A stretch of 64,000 bases of DNA from Tubulanus polymorphus. Taxonomy: Eukaryota; Animalia; Nemertea. Below are positions 1-12,535 of this stretch, piece after piece (the stretch's first letter is position 1; every line of letters starts with the position of its first letter). The stretch spans positions 23,988,950 to 24,052,949 of the forward strand of contig NC_134029.1 in the NCBI RefSeq assembly GCF_964204645.1, in the 5' to 3' direction. The position numbers and the translations under genes are program-made. The notes under the pieces are model-generated. The model saw only the letters and a program-made list of their open reading frames with translations. It was not told the DNA's origin and did not search any database.

Positions 1-222
1 TCACCGATTCCACTCGCCCCGGATCCACTGGTTTTACTGGCCCTACTGGCTCCACTCGATCCACTCGATCCACTGGCCCCATTGGTCCCACTGGTTTTAC
101 TAGCCCCGTCGGTTTTTTTTACTGGTTTCACTGGTCCCACTGGCCCCACTGACCTTCAATGGTTTTACTGGCCCTGCTGGCCCCACTAGCCCCACTGACC
201 CACACTGGTTTTACTGGCCTCC
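1..222. repeat. Degenerate ~9-bp minisatellite (CCACTGGCC/ACTGGTTTT variants), truncated by window edge
   Basis: Repeated cactggcccc, cactggtttt, actggtccc units visible directly. Confidence 0.8.
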
Positions 223-900
223 ATCTTTAGTTTGACCATCTATTCGAATGTTGATGGATATGATTTGTTGTATACAAGCAAAGAGCCAGTAGTGAAATAT
301 ACCTTACCTTATGCGTGTACATTCACATATAGATGTTAAGTAATGTACCGTGTATCAAGTTTGAAAACAATTGGATGAGAAAGAGGGATTCGATTTGTCG
401 ATGTAACTGATGGTAAGACACGGCGGTCGCTGACGCCTGCGGTTTATATTTTACCGGCAAAATGTGAGCATCCTGTTTTGATATATCACCAGAACATCAA
501 CTAGAGAAGGACTAGCCCGCAGACATGTAACCAAGTCCATTCGTGAACAGCCACAAACAGATCGGATGAAACTCACTCGTTAAAAATGTTCCGTTCGGAC
601 AGTAATTTGTAGGCCCTCCAGTAAGTCATTAGATGCACGATGTTACTGACGGGCTTCAGTACTGACAGCTAAAACTAAAGCTACATAATGAAAGGCAAGA
701 TTACATCGGAAACAGTGAAACATCGCCAATATGCCCGATAGGCATTCTTTCCATTTTCCCGGTCTGTATGGACGTAAATGGATATCTCAGAATTGAAATT
801 GACAATGTCAGTAATAATCCCAAAGTCGGCAAACTTGCGCAGTAATGCAATCAAATGCCAATGTGTTGAAAACTTACTTCTTTCTTCATACGTACATTGC

Positions 901-1098
<198 letters not shown>

Positions 1099-3703
1099 CA
1101 TTTTTTCGAAGAAAGGTGAGGAGCAAAACGTGAAGAAAGACAGTACAGCGAAATCACAGATAAATGAAAACGTGAATAACTTTCCAGTGAAAATAAGATT
1201 AAAGTATAATTTTATATCCTTTCGTAAGCTATCGATAAGTATAAAGAAAATTCACAGTTTTGAATTAAATCAGATTTTAATTTGGAAAAAATTCCGAAGA
1301 CTCATTCTGCGTGATCGGTATAGAGTGCATTGTCTGAATGATTTAATGAATCTCTTGAAGCGCGGCTGTCTAACGGCGAATGAAATATCTTCCGATGGTC
1401 AATGAGAAAATCGTATTTATCGCCGATACTAAATCTTTCCACGTCGATAATTACCAAACCCGAGACAGAAACACGAAAGAAAAATAATAAAACGCTTTGG
1501 TCGCGTCGGCTATTGTGGGAGCACTTTCAAAAAACAACGGTGAACGGATTCCTGCGCGTCTCGGCACAAATGAATCCAAGACAAGCAGCTGGTCCAGTTG
1601 AATATTATAAATGCATCGCGTATGATTTGAGATAAATCCTGACTATTGTCAACTCGTAGGCCGAAAACGTCGAAACAATTCCAAACGGATATTTTCAGGT
1701 ATCACAACCGCTATTTTATTTCCGATGGCCTTTCATCATTCAATATACTTAGGTCGGAGAAGGTCTTCGGGCGGGAGAGGTCGTCTGCAAGAAGTGCCGT
1801 CGATGTATAGCCGATAGAAAATATGCGATAGACTCGAATGAATGGAAATTCAATATACAGCATCGACAAAACAATAAATTGTACCCTCCCTCGACGACGT
1901 CGTTGTCAAATTTTTCATTCCGTCAGATATTTTAATGAGATATAAATAAGCTTTTCATACATCAAAAAATAATCGATGAAAGGAATTTCGCCAGATGCGC
2001 CACATCTGAGCTGTGATTGTGCGTAAAAATCTGAGACCCGCCGATGATATTATTTTTAGAAAAGCGATTCGAATTTTTTGAATCATGAGAAAATGATTTT
2101 CCCGATTCACGTTTGGCCGGTTTTACATATGAATCGTAAAATTTTTCATACATAGCCAGATTTTAAAACGATGATTAATTCACTGTGAAAGGGTGTGGGC
2201 CGATGAAATTCACGAGATACCTAATTATCTGACGACAACGTGTAATCACTTTTCACCTTTAGATAAACTTTATTCGCATTTTCTCATCAACACTTGTATC
2301 TTCATGAATATTATATTTGCTTCGATGAATAATCAGCCTTTTGTTTAAGTCAATTCAATTTCGATTCAATTCAATTTATATCATATTAAGAGAAAGCATG
2401 ATGTTAAGATTTTAGATTTAGTATAAACGAACACATAATCCAAGTGATGAAAAATAATGACATCAAAAAAAAATTAATAAAGAGATTGGAAGTAGATTGA
2501 GAAGGCTTTCTCGTTAGCGCCGATCAAAAGCCAAAAGGAAACTGCGCAAAATAATGCAAAACACCCCCTGGTGGCCACTGCATCCAAAATGTCCCTAATG
2601 GCTTCATCCGAGGAGTAGGAAGTGGGATGAAGCGCCCCCAGTTAGTCATCATGCGCTAGTTACACCCTAAAGTCTTTTAGAGCAGGTAATACGCATATCA
2701 CAAAGTCGGCCATATTGGAACTGCGTCCGAACTCAAGTGACTGTATACTCATTCGCATTTCCAGGTTTTAGTTCGGACTAGCTGATATTCGATTTCACTT
2801 AGTTCGACTATGGTCGACTCGACTAACGACGAAAACCGAAGATCGAAGTTCATCCATTCTGTAAAAACAGAGTCAGAAAAAGACAATGATGTATAAAATG
2901 TTTCGAATGAATGGATTTGAGAGAAAGATATTCATCATATTTCCATCTAACTGAGAATTAGCGAAACCTCTGACGACTGTCGATCTCACGACTGTCGATC
3001 TCACGAACACTTCTGCGGTTTCTAATTTTTACTTCAATCGATGCCGCAGCGATCACCGAGACAACAGCAGCAGCATCAGCAGCAGCGGCAGCGGCAGCAG
3101 CAGAAATAAATGGCAATGTTTCCAGATTAGACACTGTTTGCAAATGAAAGAGAATAATAAATTTGATTTGATGTATTTTCCGATATCGTAATTGCTTGAA
3201 TAGGATACGTAACGAGTAGTAATCATATCTATCCATTTCTCTTAATATCCATATTACACACGGTCTCCGCCATCGTTACCGTCGTCGCTACCGCAATCGC
3301 TTTGCAATTGCTCTCTGAAACCCGGGTCTATGATTGGAAACGTTAGTTTTATCATTGATACGGACAAAAAGCGATGAATCCACAACAAGCGCCGTCAGAT
3401 CGAACGTCGAGAATTTGAATCCATGCACCGATAAATTTGCCATAACGCAATAATCAGTGTCGTTTATCAGTTCTCGATTTGTTTCTCGTTGTCGTTTTTC
3501 TTGAGAAAATTGCTATCACTGATATTAATAGATTTATATAGTTTTTGATATGTTTCGTATGGAATTTCATTTGTCAATTTATGAATGATAGAAGATCTGT
3601 TTGGAAAGGATGTAAAGAATTTCATCATCGAAGTCGAAGTTCTGAACTTTCTCTCAGAAACCTCTTTAATGAAAATGATTACAATACTTTTATTGCTAGA
3701 TTA

Positions 3704-3747
3704 GTGAGCTCGGTGGGTTCGAACCCAACACCTCTAGGTTGTGAGTA
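3704..3747 (-). mobile_element. tRNA-derived fragment (3' half; SINE head remnant or tRNA pseudogene)
   Basis: Minus strand reads actcacaacctagaggtgttGGGTTCGAACCCaccgagctcac: anticodon-loop-like segment, variable loop and B-box/T-arm. No recognisable D-arm or A-box. Confidence 0.45.
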
Positions 3748-4282
3748 ATCCACGAAGACAGGGCCTTTTAGGTGATCCTAAGGTTATTCGATTAATCCGA
3801 TTTCAATTTTTTCAGGAATTTTCAAATGCAACCCAAAGCGCAGTGAAGTGATGGAAGAAGATGTGGTTTGCGCACGTGCATCGCTCGCGCCCAATTCAAT
3901 AGTGAGTTTCTTTTGTTAAAGAATTATCTTCCTTTGGATTCTCAAAGAACTGAAGAAAAACTGTCTTTGTAACTCGAGGGGACTGGTTGAAAAACCACCT
4001 CGTCAATGAAAAGTACGTACTCGGTGAAAGTTGATCTGAAGTTGATTTCATTGATCTTAATCATCGGGGTGAAAGTTCACGAAATGATAGCTGTTTTGAA
4101 ATGTAGTTTTTTGGCAAATCGCTTACGAGTGATTTGAAGAATTCTGGATCCCGTTCGCTCGTATTCAAAAATGGCGATGAAAATTTCGGATGACGATGAA
4201 CAATTTGAAAGTGAAATTTGAAGTCGTTGTATAGATTGGACACCCGTAAACACGAGAAACAACAGGCTCACCATAACACCAG

Positions 4283-4409
4283 GGGCCAGTTGCTCAAAAG
4301 TTGGCTTGAGTTAACCAGTGGATAGTTGACATAGTGACAATTGAAATTTCATTGTTGCTATGGTATTTATCTGCCGGTTATCTTTAACCAACTTTTGAGC
4401 AACTTGCCC
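4283..4409. mobile_element. MITE family A, PIF/Harbinger-like (127 bp)
   Basis: 22-bp TIRs gggccagttgctcaaaagttgg / ccaacttttgagcaacttgccc (1 mismatch), flanked by 3-bp direct repeat CAG on both sides. Confidence 0.85.
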
Positions 4410-6880
4410 CAGACTTGCTGTTAATGTTACTAAACTCGTTTGCTCCAGGGATTTTATGTCTTACGCACGTGGAATTTCCTTCCCCAATCGTTATGCGAAT
4501 GCCTATCATTGTTTTAAATCCGAACTTAAAACTTATCTTAGCTTATTTTCAAACTATTTCTGCTGATTGTGTGGTGTGGTTTGTTTTAGAATATCGTCTT
4601 ATTTTCTCATAGGATGTAAAGTGCAGAGATTATTATCATTATCATTTTTATCATTACTATTACTATTATCATTATCATTTATTATCGTTGGTTTCCGTGT
4701 TTCCCTGCGTCATGAAACACGCGCCGAGAGAAGTCGTTGCTATTTTCATGCGGAAATGTGCCCTATCGTCTGGAGTCATGGGACTCATTTTTTGTGAAAT
4801 CGATAACGAAGCCCGATAGTTTATTGTGCGGAAACCAGCGCTATTTTCCGATGTAAATGGCAAAATTAATGAATCATGAAAATGCTGGTCTCTTTGAATG
4901 GCCATTACATTAATAGCAATGCTGGTGCGGTTATGATAGAAGCGTCCCGGAGGTATTCCTCGCTATACGCTTTCTTGGGCTGCGGTATTTTAGTCGTTAA
5001 CTCGATCACGTGTTCTCTTAATTAACCGTATTCACCCTAGAACTGCAGTTTTTAATCTCCGATGAAAAAAAAACCCGATATGATGCACACTCGCGTGCCG
5101 GGGTCGGAATTTCATTCATAAGCGCAAAAACGTCACGATCGAATTGAGAATTTTTTTCGTGTTTATGTTTCATGGATAGCAAGGAAAGGAAAAATATATA
5201 TTGGCTGTAGGGAACAGTGCGAGAGCGCCCCCCCCCCACGTGCCTTACTGTCTCAAAAATCTGGAACAACCGTTTCAGCGCATTGTGTCTGATAGCATCA
5301 AGATGCCATCAAAATGCATCGTGGATCATTAGATTCATTTTCAACTGACAAATCGACCCTGTTTTGTTGGTGCCCCTGCGTCCGACCCTGTATGGAACTT
5401 GATGATTCTGGAATTCGCTGGATTCGATTCCGTACCTATGACTATTACAAGACAGACAACTGATTCATTGAGTAGAACTCGGTCATAAAACGCCCAATGG
5501 ACTGCGCTAAGGTCACGAGCGTTGAATTCACCATTATTTTTATCGGCAGCTCATGTGTCATAGGTTTAAGTAGCGCACTTGTCACATACAATCGCCGGTA
5601 AATACAATAATACCAGTAACTGCGACAGTCAATGCTGTTAACAATACAAACTGTATAAATACCCTACTGCGACAATTGGCCGTAAAAAGAAGCCATAAAA
5701 CGGTATCATTCTCGATGCCAGTCAAGATGCGATTTATCGAGATCGCGTTGAGCGTTATTGTTGCAATTGGCACTCAATTGCCGTTCAAATAATAACTCGA
5801 TTGTTGCCGCTGTATAGAGTTAGCGGCGGCGGCGTTTGCGTCTCGTAGTAAAACGTTGTCGTGTGTAGTACTGACACCGGATTCAGCGCTGAAGTTAAGA
5901 CGGTGCAAATCCATTACGCTTCGCTCAGCGGCGCTATACTAATAAAACAAGTGTTTCGCTCATCGGTTTCTCTCTTTTTTCACCCTATTCGTCCTAACGT
6001 GGAAAAACGGTTTTCAAAAATAAATACTAAATATCAAACAATCTCTCTTGAACGTATTTGTAACTGTACGCATAAACCCGAGTTAATACGTCCGCGAATG
6101 ATGTACGTAACGTTACGTTTCTTTTAGATCTATAAAAATAAGCATAAACTATTGTCTGTTTTAATTCGCAATACGATGAGAGCTGAGCATCATTAAGAAT
6201 CGCAGCGCATAAAAATATACACATCTATACGTGTTAACTATGTATAATTGACTGAAACGAATCTTGTTCACGCGAAAGACATTTTATCAATCAGTTTCCG
6301 AAATGGAAATAAATATAATGTGACCGAGTGCATTGCAGTCTTAAAGACACTTCAATTGCAATTATTCGCGCAGTGACTAAAAGCCATGCTTCACCGAGTA
6401 ACTGATGAGTATACTTTGGTAGTGAAACGTTGGAGAGATCTGCACCCGATATCACTCGAAATGACACTCGAGCCGAGTCAATTTGAAATAAGTATGAATT
6501 CCAGTATCAATATTAGTGCAATGCGCGACAACTTTACATTCAGACTTATTACGTATGTTACTAATTTAGAAATGTTTCAGTTGCAACAAGTGACGATGAC
6601 GATGACGATGAAGATGACGATGACACCCGGATTTATAAGACTGTAATATTATCAGTCATCGTGTTTTACAATAAAGTATTTCCGAATGCATCATTTCGTC
6701 AATAATTTCCTCGGTTCAAGAAATTCTATACTCTCTATATGAGAAACGCGACGAGAAACATAGAGTTTATTGGTGTAGATCGTGAATGATATTCTGCTGC
6801 GGAGAAAGATGAAAAGGAGAAGGTTAAACAGTTGTTGAGCCATAATTCTTCTTGAGAAAATGAATCTTTTTTTTATTACG

Positions 6881-7200
6881 TGGCATTGAAGTCCGGAGCA
6901 TTCTGATACTTCACCCATGAACTCTAAAACGTTCGTTGGTTTTTGAGTCCATGGTCAACCTTAGAAAATGCTGGGTGACTTTTCGTAAGATGGTTGGAGA
7001 AAATGAATATCTTTTCTATAATCACAGTGACTGTCTCCACCATGTCTTCAAGATAAACAGAAATAGAGCGATATATTGCATGGCATTGAAGTCCGGAGTA
7101 TTATTTACATCGCCGACTCTAAAAAATGTTCATTGGTTTTTAGAGTACAGAGTCCACCTAAGAGAATGCTGGGTCCACCTTTCCTAAGACTGTTGGTTCC
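6881..7200. repeat. Diverged tandem duplication, ~200-bp period
   Basis: tggcattgaagtccggag at 6881 and 7081, each followed by actctaaaa, ttggttttt, aatgctgggt and taaga blocks in the same order. Confidence 0.8.
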
Positions 7201-8624
7201 TGTGTGAGTTTAGACAGCAGTGTATATACATATATGATGAATTTGCTAATCAGTGCTGTCTCTCATTCTCAGACTCTCCTGTGATCTAGCCAAACGACAC
7301 ATATCGATTTGTTCCGCAGATAGAAGAACAAGTCGGTCGACTAAAGGAATGGGATTTACTTGCTAATGATAGACAAACATTGCACAATGCTCACAAATGA
7401 GCAAAATTAAAGAGCCGAAGATTCTGTCGCTTGTAACGATACATGAATGAAGTCAGCGTGTTACATTTGATCTTCAAACGAAGAAACGAGCTTTATTAAG
7501 ACTGCCATTCAATTAGAGAAATATCGGGGCTCGCGACGGGGTCTTTTGACAGACGGTTTTGACGTCTTTTAAGAGTTGAATAAAAGGTAAAAAGACGTAA
7601 CAAGGAAATGTTTTCTTTGATCTGAGGACGTGTATTAAGGACGCATCCTGAATGCTTACTTTATTGTATTCCCCCGAGCGCATTTCTGGTTGTAAAACCT
7701 CTTTCCTTAATTTGCCATCGCAGTGCTTTCACAAGCTATTTGCGACGAGATCGAAAATCCTGACGGCATAAACTGAAAGATACAAATAAGGAAAATTGGT
7801 ACTTTTCATCTAATTTACTTTCGATGGTTCAGATTATAAAACATGAAATGACAACGATGAAATACCGTTGGAGATCAGGTATAACCCTTATCTTTATTAC
7901 CTACTCGACGGTTCAGCCGAACGAAAAGCATCCATTTACAAAAACATATTGCGGTGAGACTGGCGAGGCTTAGAGGTTAGCCGAGCTTTTTAAGGCTTAT
8001 AACTTTACCTGGAGAAAGTACGCAGACATTCTTATTTCAATTACTGTCGGTTTGATAACTTTGATAGGATTGCATTCTTTGGCGCTCAAGAGGTATTCGA
8101 TTAAATCCATTTTTGCTCTTCGACGTTTCGTCTAAGCCGCCACATGTTCTTATTTTCATTCCCCATTATGTGATTTGCCATGCGCGTTCTAAACGATGCG
8201 TCTCTCTTACTTCCAGTAATCCGAAGATGCATTTAACAATCTAATTCTACTCGGCTCTCTCCACCGCGTAACCTTTGGTCGTCGTCATCGTCCGACTTAA
8301 ATAACGTTCCCGGTTTCTCGGAAAATATTTCTATCATTATCACCGACCCATTTTTTTTAAATCTTAAAATAGGGATTGTCCCTGTTATTTATTTGGTTGG
8401 TAAATTTCGTTGGATTTTTTTGATTAAGTGTCCCTTACAGACCCACCACACCTGCCGGGAGCGAAACAGGGGGTTTGATTTTGAAATCGGAAATCATAGA
8501 GTAGATATTTTCTGGTTTTTCTTTTTTTAATATCAAAAACTGTGTTACACAAATACGACAAGCTTTACAAGCATTTTCAAGTGCATTAATTTTATTGGTC
8601 TTCTTCGGGTGTTATATCAAGTAC

Positions 8625-8740
8625 GAGACCCCGGGTTCGACTCCCGGTGAATGCGCGTTGTAGAACCCAAAGTTGATCTCACGGTAATACCTCATCCCGC
8701 ATGGACGATAGGGAAGGTATCTGTTAATGTAATAATGATA
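8625..8740 (+). mobile_element. 5'-truncated tRNA-derived SINE-like element
   Basis: gagaccccgGGTTCGACTCCcggtgaatgc resembles the 3' half of tRNA-Gly with a B-box, followed by an unrelated body and an AAT-type tail. The 3' boundary is approximate. Confidence 0.5.
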
Positions 8741-11700
8741 CATATTGATATAAATCTAGTGAATACAGCTGGAATTAGAGTGTAGGGCTGTAGTATAACA
8801 CATCAACCTGTTCTATCAACCATCGCCTCTAAATAGTTACAACTGATCGATCTTTCGCGCCGTGGACATAAATACGTGCGCGCGAATCTTTTGAGACGGA
8901 TTTTATCTTGAAGGGAATTGGACCTCACAGAAAACTAGCCACCGCCGACACTGCCACCGCTGCTGCTGCTGCTGCTGCTCCCGCCGCTGTTGTTATCAGT
9001 TGACCACTGAGACACATAACATATAAATTATTCATTATTTCGCCATGTGATCATAAAATGACTGCGGTTATGAGATCGAGAAATGACTGTTTATTCATCA
9101 GCGACGGTTCCTGCGACGATCTGAAGCAGACGTTTCTTTATAGGTTCGCGACAATCATATAAACCTCTGATAACACGCTGTCACGATATCAACCGGTTCG
9201 GTAACGTCTAGATAACGTTAAGGATGAACCAGTCTTAATTTTACATCAATAGTCACGAATTCTATCCGAGCTCAGGTAATATTTCTTATGTTTGTTAGTG
9301 TTTCACTTGTGTATCACGCTAAGACTTTCTACTGTATCCGGGGCCTGCGAGGCGTGGAATGGACAGAGATCAGCGCAAAGGGCGCTTCTCTATATCAGTG
9401 GAAATTAGTTGCCCGTTTCAGTAAATCCTCGTAAGACGATTGTCAACTGGGAATCTAGTCCGATCTCATCCATTTGTTTTATAATTAATGGCGATAATAG
9501 AAGCCAATCGATCATCCTCAGTAACAATTCCACAAGAGGTCAAGAAGAACTCGCGTCGCCACATTCATTATATCAAATGAATCCTGCGCATAATCGAGCG
9601 AAAAACAGACAGTTTCCAAATATATTTGCCGCAATATCGTTCGTTTTGTCGCCGAAATGCAGCCGTTTCTCGGGAATTTCAGGTCGACCTATCTGGTGAG
9701 CGTGTCGGTATAGTGTGTCATCCATCACAGGGTGCATAATCCAGAAACAGAGCAGTTAATAACATTCCTTTAACCTTTATATCTCATTATATCATGTTAT
9801 ATCATTTTATATCATATCATATAAAACGGTCGCAATTAATTCTAATGAATTCTTCAATACTTCCTATTATCGCAATATAGAGTAGAAGAGCCATACTCAG
9901 TCGTGAGGAATATATCATATAAAGTTTAAAATTCACTATGTACAAATCTAAAAAAACAATTTTTTTTCAAATTAATCACTCAGAAATGAATAACAAAAGA
10001 CACACGGACGTTCTTGGGACATTTTGAATTCAAAACGACTCTCTAAGTTCCCCGGAAGATATATAATCGGCTAAACTAATTTCAAATATTATTTCGATAA
10101 TTCAGCTCTTCATATTTTCAAATATGTTTCTAATGCGGTTTTGAATGAACTTTCATCTCGATGCCTGTCGAATGAACTCCTGCGCGCGTATATTTCTACT
10201 ACTTTTAGTGGCCGTGAATAAATAGGGCACCGGAACATAAACCGGATTAAAAATAATGCGCGACAGGCGTCATCGAATTTGCAACCGTTTTTTGTCGACT
10301 CTGAATGTAACGATTCGAATATAATGTGGAAAACGGTGATTTATTTCTCAGCTTAACTCCACTGTGGTCCCCTCGTATTGTGACAGTTTGAATTGTGACT
10401 GGAAAAAACGATTTAATTATTTTGACTACAATGACGCGACTGAGCCGCGAGCGTGACTAATTATCTAAAATTTCGCATAATGACGCAACTTTTGAGGTTA
10501 TTTCTTCTCGATTTGAATAGCGAGCACTTTTTTCATGCAACGACGCGACTATTTCTATGGGTAATTGAATCGTCATAATGGCTTCTTTTATTGTGCGATG
10601 CTCTTTTTTTGAGAATCTAAAAAGACGCAATTCCGAAAAGGTGACATCTGTGCCGAGAAATCGCGTAACTCGTATTCAAAATCGTGGATTGTGGGGTACA
10701 GCCTGACCTCGTCCGGACTGAGGCGGCGACGTCTTCGAAGACAAAGTCGTATAGAGCATCGCCTCGAGGATATAAATCTGTGCGCGTTGAACACACCCCG
10801 CGCGCGGATCGCCGCTTATTCACGGATCGACAAAGTGCCCGTCGTTCCAGCTCATCAAATCCAAAAACTCTTGATAATATCCAGCAGCTGGTGTCATTTT
10901 TTATCGGATACACGTTCAACCGCAGTTATTTTTTGGGCCACAATAACCACGCGAACAATCGGTTACTATTGTACGGTCGGGTCAGCGCCATCTTAAAAAC
11001 GATGAGTGAATCGCGGCGCTATCCTCCCTGTAAAGAAGAGACTCGCTTATAAATAACTGTAATATCAATTTTCTTTGTCACCGCATTTTTTCTATTCGTG
11101 TCGTTATTACAATGGCTACACTCAGTCACGCGAATTATTGTTATACTATAAGAAGGACATTGACCGTTATTCGGGATGATCCTCCGCCATCTGGCAAAGA
11201 TTTCTTCCATAAAACTCTGTTCTTGCTCATTAATTCATATATGCACTGATTGTGGAGTTCATTCATTTAAGTGTAGTTTAATGGGTATTTGTGGCGATTG
11301 TCTGTTTTCTAATTTATGATCATTTATGCCAGATATTTTTGCTTTGAATTTTTCAATTGAAGGTTTCTTTAGAATTTGACATTCCCATTCGCTATTAATG
11401 CTAAGTATTATGAACAGATCAAAGAAGAGTCGCTTCGTTCTAATTATCATAATTTGTTTTAATCATTGAAAATATTGATCAAAAATGTAAGACTGTTTTT
11501 GAACACAATAATACCGATATTTTTCAAATGAATTTTTGAAAATTCTAACAATATGATTTACTAACGTTCTGAGATCAAGGAACCTACGGTAGGTAAACCG
11601 ACGGAAATCACATTACAATCTCGTGTATTTCTCCGAGATCTGCCAAACAATGAAATAAACCTTTCCGATGTTATTCGTTCTCGGTTACATGTAATTTGTA

Positions 11701-11899
11701 ATACGATACACTCAGTTAAACAATGGATCTTATTAATTCTTGACAATTTGAATTCGAAACTGCAGCATTTCCAGTGCTGTTTTAACAATTAAGCAGCATT
11801 AAAACGAGATTCACTTTCTACCGGTTAACGGACAAAAGACATTCCGTGTCTTATATGCGAGCTTTTGTCAATGTTTACATCAAAATCATTCAATGTCGC

Positions 11900-12000
11900 C
11901 CGCTGACAAGAGAGCACGTGCACACAATCATTGGGAAATGGTCCCTCCTCTTCAGTGTTTCATTCAGTGATTTCGACCAATAGCGCGAGGCGGCTCTGCT
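11900..12000 (+). promoter_or_regulatory. Candidate dac proximal promoter / 5' region
   Basis: E-box CACGTG (11915-11920), ATTGG (11930-11934), CCAAT (11977-11981) and Inr-like TCAGT motifs just upstream of the ATG cluster. Motif matches only; TSS unknown. Confidence 0.35.
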
Positions 12001-12044
12001 TCTACTTTGCTATTACATGCCAGCACGTCCATGTGCAAACACAG

Positions 12045-12535
12045 ATGACTTGTCACATGCGTGCTATGAACATTATGAATACAATGTTGAACGGACGTAC
12101 GGCGCTCAGCCCTGGGGCTTCGCCTCCCCATCACGCTATAAATCCGGCCCTGTACCGCGAAGATATTCAGCCGCTCAGTCTGAAGATGGAGAAACCTAGT
12201 TACAGCAGTCCTCCGCCGGTCGCTTCGAATCACCCGGATAACAATGTTTGTAAAATGATCGAATACCGGGGCGCGAAAGTTGCCGCGTTTTCAGTGGACG
12301 GGCGCGAGCTTATCTGTCTGCCCCAAGCTTTTGAATTGTTTCTAAAACACCTGGTCGGCGGACTTCATACGGTTTACACAAAACTGAAACGTCTGGAAGT
12401 TACTCCGATCGTCTGCAACGTCGAACAAGTTCGAATCCTGCGGGGATTAGGTGCCATACAACCGGGCGTCAATCGGTGTAAACTCATCTCGTGCAAAGAG
12501 TTTGATATTCTTTACGACGACTGCACGAATTCAAG
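12045..12535 (+). CDS. dac: Dachshund homolog, coding exon 1 (N-terminus and most of DD1/DachBox-N); start codon uncertain among in-frame ATGs at 12045, 12057, 12066, 12075, 12084
   Basis: Translation contains CKMIEYRGAKVAAFSVDGRELICLPQAFELFLKHLVGGLHTVYTKLKRLEVTPIVCNVEQVRILRGLGAIQPGVNRCKLISCKEFDILYDDCTNS, the diagnostic Dachshund DD1 sequence. Ends at donor AAG|GTAAGA (phase 2). Confidence 0.96.

Noticed and set aside
1-222. Collagen-like (G-P-V) coding repeat on the minus strand
   Set aside because: The 9-nt period is broken by indels and stops; no sustained Gly-X-Y frame.
2345-2760. Possible LINE/SINE 3' remnant on the minus strand with (ATTCA)n tail
   Set aside because: Only the short tandem tail is suggestive; no RT/endonuclease similarity or second copy is visible.
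3704-8660. Functional tRNA genes at 3704-3747 and 8625-8655
   Set aside because: Only the T-arm/B-box half is recognisable; no full cloverleaf can be built.
10684-11052. 122-aa ORF upstream of dac
   Set aside because: Non-ATG start, no recognisable domain, and several overlapping frames open, consistent with locally higher GC.
11931-12044. N-terminal extension of dac shown in the ORF track
   Set aside because: Starts at TTG, a prokaryote-style call; the first in-frame ATG is 12045.
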